Source: an uncultured Gemmatimonadales bacterium
Lineage (GTDB): Bacteria > Gemmatimonadota > Gemmatimonadetes > Palauibacterales > Palauibacteraceae
DNA length: 64,000 bases
Direction of reading: 5' to 3'
Assembly (NCBI GenBank): GCA_947259585.1
Contig: CAMYMV010000006.1
Span: 18,025-82,024 of the forward strand
In this document: in pieces, positions 1 through 7,479 of the stretch
Layout: every line of letters begins with the position of its first letter
Position numbering within the stretch: position 1 is the stretch's first letter
Notes under the pieces: generated by a model
Told to the model about the DNA's origin: nothing
What the model saw: only the letters and a program-made list of their open reading frames with translations
Databases searched by the model: none
Translations under genes and position numbers: made by a program

Positions 1-534
1 TTCGCGGCTACGGGTCAGACCAGCATCATGATCAAGGGCCGGGGAATCGCCGTCGATGCCGTCGTCTCCGACTTCGTCGCCGGAGCGGCCGAGTGCCTGG
101 TCCTCGACGCGGACCCGTCAGCCGACGTGATCGTCGTCGAGGGCCAGGGCTCGCTGGTACACCCCGGGTACTCGGGCGTCACCCTCGGCCTTATGCACGG
201 CGCCCTGCCTCAGGCGCTCGTCCTGTGCACGAAGCCCGAGCGGAAGACCATCTACGGCGGCCATCACGATTGGGTGAAGATCCCGCCGCTGGACGAGGTG
301 GTCCGCCTCCACGAGGACGCGATGGCGTGGGTGTGTCCGGAGGAGCGCGTGCGCGTCGTCGCGGTCGCCTGCAACACGCATGGAATGTCGGAGGCGGAGG
401 CCCGGCGGGAGATTCGAAATGCCGAGGAGCTTACCGGCCTCCCTGCAACCGACCCCATCCGGTTCAGCGCCGCCTTGCTGGCCGATGTGATCCTGCCGCG
501 TGCGCGCGATGCACGGCCCGGGGAATGGCGATAG
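1..534 (+). CDS. DUF1611-like domain protein, C-terminal part (5'-truncated by window edge)
   Basis: The frame is open from nt 1 and the stop is at 532-534. The motif VEGQGSLxHPGYSGVTLGLMHG is reminiscent of the DUF1611 C-terminal domain. Codon usage is GC3-rich. Confidence 0.45.
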   Translation, partial: FAATGQTSIMIKGRGIAVDAVVSDFVAGAAECLVLDADPSADVIVVEGQGSLVHPGYSGVTLGLMHGALPQALVLCTKPERKTIYGGHHDWVKIPPLDEVVRLHEDAMAWVCPEERVRVVAVACNTHGMSEAEARREIRNAEELTGLPATDPIRFSAALLADVILPRARDARPGEWR

Positions 535-595
535 AATAGGTCCGTCCATCAACTCGACTTCATCATCAATGCCAATTGGAAACATCATAGAGATC

Positions 596-2545
596 ATGAC
601 GAGATCCCGTTCGGCGCTTCCGGTACTATCCTTCCTCACGCTTCTCGTTCTCTACGGCCTGTCCGGCTGCAGCTCCGAGCCGACCGCCCCGGAGCGCGAC
701 GAAGCCGACCTCTCCATCACCAAGTCCGACGCCGCCGACCCCGTGACGATCGGAGACGAGATCGTCTACACGATCACCGTCTTCAACGGCGGGCCGGATG
801 GCGCGACGCAGGTTGAGCTGACGGATGGCGTGCCCTCGGGCACCAGCTTCGTGTCGGCCAATCCGTCGCAGGGAACATGCGCGAACGCGAACGGGACGGT
901 GACCTGTACCCTCGGGAGCCTGGCCAGCGGCAGCAGCGTGACGATCACGCTCAGGGTCACCGCGACGCTGGGCGGAGAGGTGAGCAACACCGCTTCGGTG
1001 AGCGGCGACGAGGACGATCCCAACAGCGGCAACAACAGCGCGACGGAAACCACGACCGTAGAGCTCGACCCGGCCGACCTCTCGCTGACCAAGGAAGATG
1101 AGGGTGCGGTACTGCCGGGTGCCGACATCGTCTACACGATCACGGTCCGGAACGACGGACCGGGCGACGCAACGAACGTCCAGGTCACCGACGACGTTCC
1201 CGAGGGGACGACCTTCGTCTCGGCAGTCGCCTCGCAGGGTTCCTGCGCCGAGGCGGGCGGCACCGTGACCTGCGATCTCGGAAGCCTGGCGGACGTTGCC
1301 ACCGCGACCGTCACGCTCACGGTCGGGACGGAGGCGGCGGGCCTGGTGGAGAACACGGCCACCGTCTCGGCCATCGAGCCGGATCCGAACGAGGTCGACA
1401 ACTCGGATACCGAGATCACCAATGTGGTGAGCGTGACCACGGACCTGGCTATCACGAAGGTCGCGGAACAGGATCCGGTGGCTCCCGGCGAAGAGATCGT
1501 CTACGTGATCGGCGTGAGGAACCGGGGACCCAGCGATGCGGGCGCCGTCCGGGTCACGGACGACTTGCCCGAGGGCACCACGTTCGTCTCGGCCGAGGCG
1601 TCGCAGGGCGCCTGCTCCGAAGAGGGCGGCACGGTTACCTGTAACCTCGGGGGGCTCGATTTCCTTTTTGACGCGACCGTGACCCTCACCGTGGAGGCCG
1701 GCGACGCTGGCGCAGTCATCAACACGGCCATCGTGTCCGGCGCTGTCCAGGACACGGTCGAGAGCAACAACACGGCCTCCGATACCACCACCGTCACGCC
1801 GCTGGCCGACCTGTCGGTCGACAAGGACGATGAAGCGGATCCTGTCGAAGTGAGCAACAACATCGTCTACACGCTCGTGGTGACGAACCTCGGACCGAGC
1901 ACCGCCACCGACGTCGTGGTCACCGACTCGTTGCCTGACACCACGGACTTCGACGAGTTCACCACCACGGATGGCGTCTGTGACGACCGGCAAAACGTCG
2001 TCACGTGCGAGGTCGCGCAGCTGGCTCCGGGCGACACTGTGCGGATTACCATCGAGACGACGACCGAACAGACCGGGTTCGTGAACAACCTGGCTCTCGT
2101 GACGAGCTCCGTCGCCGATCCGGACCTCGAGAACAACACGGACAGAGCGGGCACGAATGTCACGGGCCTGCAGGCCGACTTGTCGATCACCAAGACAGCT
2201 CAGGCGAACCCGGTCACCGTCGGCAACAACATCGTCTACGCGATCGACGTCCTCAACAACGGACCCGACGACGTCACCGATGTCACCGTCACGGACGTGG
2301 TGCCGGCGGGAACGACCTTCGTGAGCGCCACCGTGAGTCCGGGCTCATGCGGCCTGGGCGGCGGGGTCGTCACCTGTGACATCCCCACATTGCCCAGCGG
2401 CGTGGGCACAACGATCACGCTAACGCTGCAGGCCGATCAGGTAGGGGACGTGACGAATACGGCGACGGTGAGCCCGCCGCCGGATGCGGAGGATCCGGTC
2501 TCGGGCAACGACTCTGACTCGGAGACCGTCACCGTCGACCCGTAG
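596..2545 (+). CDS. DUF11 (conserved repeat domain) surface lipoprotein with six ~100-aa repeats
   Basis: A signal peptide with lipobox (LSGCSS) follows the ATG at 596. About six tandem repeats of the pattern DLS(I/L)TK..P...G..I.YTI.V.N.GP..AT.V.VTD.(L/V)P.GT.FVSA..SQG.C......V.C.LG.L match the DUF11 repeat. The track start at 500 would add a non-signal extension. Confidence 0.7.
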   Translation: MTRSRSALPVLSFLTLLVLYGLSGCSSEPTAPERDEADLSITKSDAADPVTIGDEIVYTITVFNGGPDGATQVELTDGVPSGTSFVSANPSQGTCANANGTVTCTLGSLASGSSVTITLRVTATLGGEVSNTASVSGDEDDPNSGNNSATETTTVELDPADLSLTKEDEGAVLPGADIVYTITVRNDGPGDATNVQVTDDVPEGTTFVSAVASQGSCAEAGGTVTCDLGSLADVATATVTLTVGTEAAGLVENTATVSAIEPDPNEVDNSDTEITNVVSVTTDLAITKVAEQDPVAPGEEIVYVIGVRNRGPSDAGAVRVTDDLPEGTTFVSAEASQGACSEEGGTVTCNLGGLDFLFDATVTLTVEAGDAGAVINTAIVSGAVQDTVESNNTASDTTTVTPLADLSVDKDDEADPVEVSNNIVYTLVVTNLGPSTATDVVVTDSLPDTTDFDEFTTTDGVCDDRQNVVTCEVAQLAPGDTVRITIETTTEQTGFVNNLALVTSSVADPDLENNTDRAGTNVTGLQADLSITKTAQANPVTVGNNIVYAIDVLNNGPDDVTDVTVTDVVPAGTTFVSATVSPGSCGLGGGVVTCDIPTLPSGVGTTITLTLQADQVGDVTNTATVSPPPDAEDPVSGNDSDSETVTVDP

Positions 2546-2761
2546 AGGAGACCATCAAGTCCAACCAACGACCACCGCGCGTGAAGAACGCCGAATCGTC
2601 GGACGCCGGGCGCGGCTGAGGTCCGCTGCGAGGGGCCGGAGGGATTCCGCGACAAGCGATTCAGGGCGACGGCGGCGAGACCCCGCAGCAAAGCGAGGAG
2701 GCTCGCCGCCCAAAGCCCGTAAAGCGAGCGTGGGACCCTTCGGCCCCACCCAAGGAGAACC

Positions 2762-3535
2762 CTAGCCGCGCTCCTCTTCCACGATCTCGGCGTCCTGAAC
2801 CTCTTCGCCCCCCTCCAGCACCTTGAGCTCCGCCTCCTCCACGTCATCAGGGGCCGGAGGCAGCAAGCCCATGTCCCGCTTCAGCTCCAGAAGCCGATCC
2901 TCCACGTCCGGTGTGGCCGCGGCCAGCAGGTCGAGCTCGCGCGCCAGATCGTCGCCTTCTAGCTCCTCGGTGACCTCGGCGGCCGCGATGGCCCGGCGCT
3001 CCTCGGTCTCGATCTTGTCGGCCATCTGATCGAAGGCCCGGAAGGCGCTGCGGTCCTGAAGGCCGGTGATCGTCTCGTGAATGCGCCGCTGTGCCTGCGC
3101 ACGCTTCTGCTTCGCGATCAGGAGGTTCTTCTTCCGCTTCGCCTCCTCGATCTTCGCGTTCAGCTGGCGCAGCGAGTCCTTGAGGCGCTCCGTGTCCTCC
3201 CGGTGCCTTTCCCACTGCGTCTGGAGCTCCTGGGCGTGGTTGGCGTGCTCCTGAGCCCGCAGAAGCGCCTGCTTGGCCAGGTCGTCCCGGTCCTCGCGCA
3301 CGGCCAGGCGGGCTCTCTTCTCCCAGTCCACGGCCTGACGCCGCTCTTCCTCGACCTGAGCCCTCAGCTTGCGCTCGTCCGCGATCGCGACGGCCACTTC
3401 CTGCTTCGCCTGTGCGAGCTGCCGCCGCATGTCCTCGATGATCTGCGTCAGCATCTTCTCGGGGTTCTCGGCCCGAGCGATCAGATCGTTGAGGTTGGAG
3501 CGGATCAGCCGCGAGAGTCTATCGAACAATCCCAT
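2762..3535 (-). CDS. pspA: Phage shock protein A / IM30 / Vipp1 family (PspA)
   Basis: The N-terminus MGLFDRLSRLIRSNLNDLIARAENPEKMLTQIIEDMRRQLAQAKQEV is the canonical PspA start. The rest is a long coiled-coil. ATG at 3535 (cat at 3533-3535 on the plus strand). The track ORF start at 3598 adds 21 aa. Confidence 0.85.
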   Translation of the reverse strand: MGLFDRLSRLIRSNLNDLIARAENPEKMLTQIIEDMRRQLAQAKQEVAVAIADERKLRAQVEEERRQAVDWEKRARLAVREDRDDLAKQALLRAQEHANHAQELQTQWERHREDTERLKDSLRQLNAKIEEAKRKKNLLIAKQKRAQAQRRIHETITGLQDRSAFRAFDQMADKIETEERRAIAAAEVTEELEGDDLARELDLLAAATPDVEDRLLELKRDMGLLPPAPDDVEEAELKVLEGGEEVQDAEIVEEERG

Positions 3536-3542
3536 CGGAAGG

Positions 3543-4112
3543 TCAGTCCGTTTCGAGGTTCTGTTTGTAGGACGAAAGCGCGAGGGCGATGCTCTCAACC
3601 GAGGCCTGAAACTCGGAGAAGTCCAGGTCCGCCAACTCCAGCGTGTCGCTGAGCAGGATCTGCCCGTTCTCCAGGCCGTAGGCGCCGTGGACCACCTCGG
3701 TCGCGTTCAACTCGAGGAGCCGGCCGTAGAGCTTACGCTGCTCCTCCTCGTCCTCGGGCGCTCGCTGCACGTCGGAACGGAGGACGATAACTGGCGGCGC
3801 GTGATTCACCAAGATCGCCGGCAGCTGCTCCTCCTCGCCCGCGCTCGGATGGACCGCCCAGATGCCCTCCCCGATCTCCTCGTAGTCCAGCTCGGTTCGG
3901 ATCAGGTAGCTCTCCAGGTCTTCAAGGCCGATCATGTGCTTGTATCCTCTCCAGCGCTCGGCGCCGTCGCTCAGCGCCACCAGCTGCTCGGAAGTCCCCG
4001 TCGGGGCCTCCAGCGCCCGCTTCTCCCCGGATTTCTCGATCGACGCCGCGATGGCGCGGGCAATCGGTCCGAGAACGAACATGATGAACAGAATGGCGAG
4101 GATGAACGTCAT
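3543..4112 (-). CDS. Membrane-anchored YbjN-like (T3SS-chaperone-like fold, tentative) protein, co-operonic with pspA
   Basis: ATG at 4112 is preceded by CAGGAGCGGGGA, with AGGAG 7 nt upstream. The N-terminal TM helix is MTFILAILFIMFVLGPIARAIAA. The cytoplasmic acidic domain carries ...LLELNATEVVHGAYGLENGQILLSDTLELADLDFSEFQASVESIALALSSYKQ, resembling the YbjN/DUF family. Its stop at 3543-3545 lies 8 nt from the pspA ATG. Confidence 0.5.
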   Translation of the reverse strand: MTFILAILFIMFVLGPIARAIAASIEKSGEKRALEAPTGTSEQLVALSDGAERWRGYKHMIGLEDLESYLIRTELDYEEIGEGIWAVHPSAGEEEQLPAILVNHAPPVIVLRSDVQRAPEDEEEQRKLYGRLLELNATEVVHGAYGLENGQILLSDTLELADLDFSEFQASVESIALALSSYKQNLETD

Positions 4113-4183
4113 TCCCCGCTCCTGGTTTCCGTACGAGCCGCCCGCCATCGGGGTTTCGCGGGCGATGATCTTCGCAAGCGGAA

Positions 4184-4212
4184 ACGTTAACGCACAATCA
4201 GGCGGCGATCAA
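4184..4212 (-). promoter_or_regulatory. Candidate sigma70-type promoter for the ybjN-like/pspA operon
   Basis: On the minus strand the sequence reads TTGATC-N17-TAACGT. The -35 maps to plus 4207-4212 and the -10 to plus 4184-4189, about 65 nt upstream of ATG 4112. This is a weak consensus match only. No sigma54 motif was found here. Confidence 0.25.
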
Positions 4213-4308
4213 CGCGTTCCCGATCCCACGGCGGAGTTCTCCAGGCTTCAGGTGCAGCTTCCGGAGGCTCGGCTGGCGCCGGAAGGAATGTAGCGCGGCC
4301 TATGAGAA

Positions 4309-4347
4309 CTGAGTAAAGAAAAGCCCCATCCTGGTTGGATGGGGCTT
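4309..4347 (-). terminator. Rho-independent terminator downstream of the acidic lipoprotein gene
   Basis: The plus strand reads AAGCCCCATCC-tggtt-GGATGGGGCTT, a perfect 11-bp stem with 5-nt loop at 4321-4347. It is preceded on the plus strand by AAAGAAAA, which is a U-tract after the hairpin on the minus strand. It lies 86 nt beyond the stop of gene 4433..6919. Confidence 0.6.
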
Positions 4348-4395
4348 CCCTTAGGAGGTGTGCCTCTCCCTCAACGCGCGAGGAAGGGTTGGGCG

Positions 4396-4419
4396 AGGAG
4401 GCCGAAGCAGGCCTCCTCG
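4396..4419 (-). other. GC-rich stem-loop without U-tract, 14 nt after the lipoprotein stop
   Basis: GAGGAGGCC-gaagca-GGCCTCCTC, a 9-11 bp stem. No T-run follows on either strand. It may be an RNA-stability hairpin upstream of the true terminator. Confidence 0.4.
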
Positions 4420-4432
4420 CGCTGTTATCCGA

Positions 4433-6919
4433 CTACTGCCACTGGAAGGTTTTACCAGCTACCGCGCCGATCTCCAGTCCGTCGTCCGTGCCGTCCTTCC
4501 GCTCCGCACCGTCGTCTGCCGTGATCGTGAAGCAGTACAGAACATCAGTGAACGGGGTGAGGTTCGCCGCCGTGAACAGGACGTCGAAGTCGCCGCCGCC
4601 GGCGTTGACCTCGGTCGTGACATCCACGATCACCGTAGCGCCAGTCGCGTCGTCGTTGCCGCCTTCCGGCGTCACCAGCACGTCGTCTTCGTCGACGAGA
4701 TCCTCACCGCCAGCATCGCAAGTATTTAGTCCTGCGACGCTGAATGCCGTCACCTGGACGACCGCACTCGTGACGGCCGTGCCGTCGCCGTTGCGGTCCA
4801 CCACGCTCGCGTCGAGAACGAACTCGACCGTCGCGGCGTTCGAGCTGTTCAGGCCGGTGATCCCACCGAAGCCGATGATCGGCTGGTTCGTGTCGATAAT
4901 GACCGAGTACGAGGCCGTTGACACGTTGTTCTCGACCTGAGCCTTGTCGGGCACGCTATGCGTGAGCGCGTAAGTGCCGTCATTGTTGCCGTCGCAGGCG
5001 TAGGTCAACCCGGCGTCGGCGGTCTCGTTGCAGATATAGCCCGAGAACATCCCGTCAGCGGCTAGCGTGCCGAAAGCCTGGGCTGTCTGCACCACGAAGT
5101 CGTTGAAATCGTCGCCCGGCGAGTCGTCGATCTCGACAAAGACCAGCTCGCCGTCGCCATTGCCATCGGCACACGTGGTCGTGGCTGGATTGGTAGCGGG
5201 ACCACAGCCGGTGTCCTCCACGCCGGCCCCTGGATCGCCGCTGGCCAGATCCGGGTCGAGCGCCTCGAACATGACGTTCTCGCACAGCGTCTCGTCGAGC
5301 GGATCGCCCGGCAACGCGTTGTTCGGATCGCAGCCGCGCAAGTCCGGATCCACGCCGTCGAAGGTCAGATCCGGGTTCCAGACGAACACCGGTGTAGTTG
5401 CATCCGGCATGAGCTCGTCGATAACCGGACCGGTGAAGTCCGCTCCCAGCTGGCCGCTGATCACGACCCCGCTCGGCGCGTCGAGCTCGGTGATGAACTC
5501 GTCCTCGATCTGGAGGTCCATCGTGCCGTCGCTCAGCTTGTTGCCCAGCAGGTCGCCCACCTCGGCGATCTGGATCGTGTAGGCGTCGACCGGCGCGCCT
5601 GCCTCGCCCGTAGCGGCGCACTGGCCGTACGCGGTCGCGAAGGTGTTGAGGCCAAGCGCCTGATCCGTCGTCCCGTCGTCGCCGCACGCGTCATCCTCGG
5701 TCAGGTCGGCGACGCCGAAGACGGGCGTGAGGAAGAGCACGAGGTTGCCGACGTCGCCATCCGCGTAGTCCCACGCGGCCAGCACGGTCGTGGTGCCCAG
5801 AACCAGGCCCACCCCGTCGTCGTCGACGATGGTATTGCTGTCGTCGCGAAGGTCGAAGTCGCCGTCCGAGAACAGGTTGTTCGTGAAGCCGGCGGCGTTG
5901 CCGTCGTTGATCGGGTATTCGTCGTCGATCCATACCTCGCACGGATCGTCGTCGCAGAGCGGAGCGCTGAGGTCGATGTTCCGCTCGTCCCCGCTGTCAA
6001 AGAGATCGGAGAAGTCCGAGGTGATGTTCGTGCCGTCGCAGGCCAGCACCTTGTTCGCCCAGACGTTGATGTCAGTGTCCTCCACCGAGTCCTCGTTCCG
6101 GGACTCTTCATCGACCCAGGTCGGATCCGACGTCGGAACGTCCCGATAGAGGGCCATCGCCTCGTAAGGCGCCGCGTCGTCCGTAACGGAGCTTGAGGTG
6201 GACGTAAAGAGCATGCCCCCGTTGTTGGTAATCGTCACCTCGCAGACGCCACCGAAGTCGTCAAGCGAGGAGTCGAAGAGGATCGGGCACGCATACCAGC
6301 TCAGGTCGATGGGTCCACCCCACCAGCCCTGCTCATCCAAGCCGACGACCCGCGGCCCGATGTCGTTGGAGACGACGGCCACTGTGTTTTCGTTTTGGAA
6401 GTTGAGGGGGGCAACCCTGGTCGCACTGACCGTGCTGCCGTCCTGCAAGGTCAGTCGGGCCGCGATCGTGTGGTCCCCGTTCTCGAAGCGCCCCATCAGC
6501 GTCTGGCCCACGCATTCGCCGATACCTTCGGCGGTGTCGAGCGTGCAGGAGACCTCCTGCACGTCGGCGCTAAAGCCGACAGCTGCCTGACCCGAGAAGG
6601 TCTGGCAGGGCACGACGTCGGAATCGACGAGGATGTCCAAGGCAGCGGCCTCGAAGCCACCCGTGTCGTAGCTGATGTTGACGCTGATGAACCGGCGATC
6701 GAACGCACTGCCGACCGGGCCCTCGTCGAGCTCGCCGAGCTCGGCGCCATCATCGAACTCGGCGATAGAGATGATGCTAATTTCTGCGGCTTCTGGCGGG
6801 GGCGGCGGTGGAGGCGGCGGCGGCTCCGTGATAATCACGTCGTCCGCGCAGCCCGCCAGGCCGATTGCCAGCGCCCCGACAAACAACACCAGGGGGTTGG
6901 TAGCTTTCAGCTTCATCAT
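4433..6919 (-). CDS. Large acidic secreted lipoprotein (828 aa) with poly-Pro linker; function unknown
   Basis: Start MMKLK with AGGAGG 6 nt upstream. The signal peptide carries lipobox LAGC. A P10 run follows, then a Asp/Thr/Gly/Asn-rich, Cys-containing body (many DxDxDG-like stretches, possibly Ca-binding). TAG stop at 4433-4435. Confidence 0.7.
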   Translation of the reverse strand: MMKLKATNPLVLFVGALAIGLAGCADDVIITEPPPPPPPPPPEAAEISIISIAEFDDGAELGELDEGPVGSAFDRRFISVNISYDTGGFEAAALDILVDSDVVPCQTFSGQAAVGFSADVQEVSCTLDTAEGIGECVGQTLMGRFENGDHTIAARLTLQDGSTVSATRVAPLNFQNENTVAVVSNDIGPRVVGLDEQGWWGGPIDLSWYACPILFDSSLDDFGGVCEVTITNNGGMLFTSTSSSVTDDAAPYEAMALYRDVPTSDPTWVDEESRNEDSVEDTDINVWANKVLACDGTNITSDFSDLFDSGDERNIDLSAPLCDDDPCEVWIDDEYPINDGNAAGFTNNLFSDGDFDLRDDSNTIVDDDGVGLVLGTTTVLAAWDYADGDVGNLVLFLTPVFGVADLTEDDACGDDGTTDQALGLNTFATAYGQCAATGEAGAPVDAYTIQIAEVGDLLGNKLSDGTMDLQIEDEFITELDAPSGVVISGQLGADFTGPVIDELMPDATTPVFVWNPDLTFDGVDPDLRGCDPNNALPGDPLDETLCENVMFEALDPDLASGDPGAGVEDTGCGPATNPATTTCADGNGDGELVFVEIDDSPGDDFNDFVVQTAQAFGTLAADGMFSGYICNETADAGLTYACDGNNDGTYALTHSVPDKAQVENNVSTASYSVIIDTNQPIIGFGGITGLNSSNAATVEFVLDASVVDRNGDGTAVTSAVVQVTAFSVAGLNTCDAGGEDLVDEDDVLVTPEGGNDDATGATVIVDVTTEVNAGGGDFDVLFTAANLTPFTDVLYCFTITADDGAERKDGTDDGLEIGAVAGKTFQWQ

Positions 6920-7333
6920 GCACTCCTCCTAAGGGATGCAGTACTGCGGTTCCAATAGTTTATGCGACCTCTATCGGCCGCCCCACGTTGAATCGGTACT
7001 GCCTGTAACTGATTTCTACTCCGCGCCCTATTCCCGGGCGAAAGCAGTCGTCACGAAAATATCAGGCCAATGGACAGGGCGACAAGACTACGTGAACGCG
7101 CCGGTGACGTATCATTCTCTCCAAGCCGTCGCTGTACGCTCGCTGGCCCTGCTCAGCAGCCCGAAGTTACCCGCAAGTCCCTTATGTAGCAAGGGGCTTC
7201 GCTCGACAATAAGGTTCCGTCAGAACAAAAAATTTCCTGCACATCGCAGGTTGAATCGTGAATTGCAACGCTGTACGCACCAGAGCCTCCGTAGCGCTGG
7301 GCCACCGCATTGCGGTCGCGGCCAGCCACGATC

Positions 7334-7351
7334 CGCAGATTCTCGTGCCAC
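7334..7351 (-). promoter_or_regulatory. sigma54-like -24/-12 motif (TGGCACG-N4-TCTGC) in AT-richer intergenic island
   Basis: The minus strand reads tatgTGGCACGagaaTCTGCgg, the reverse complement of plus 7333-7354. GG/GC spacing matches the RpoN consensus TGGCACG-N4-TTGCW with two mismatches in the -12 element. It lies about 420 nt upstream of the lipoprotein ATG. Confidence 0.25.
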
Positions 7352-7479
7352 ATACCGTTGCTATTAGGGACGGGACGGTTTTGAGAGTATCGCATAAGCC
7401 AGGCCGCCAGTCAAGGCCAGGAAGGACACTTAGGCCGGTTCGTCTCGCGCCGTATCTTCGCGCCGATTCGGGCCCGGTG

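Noticed and set aside
6936-7367. 143-aa plus-strand ORF in the AT-richer intergenic region
   Set aside because: The composition is Ser/Arg/Cys-rich with no hydrophobic core or motif. It sits in the lowest-GC stretch with no SD, so it is more likely regulatory or RNA space.
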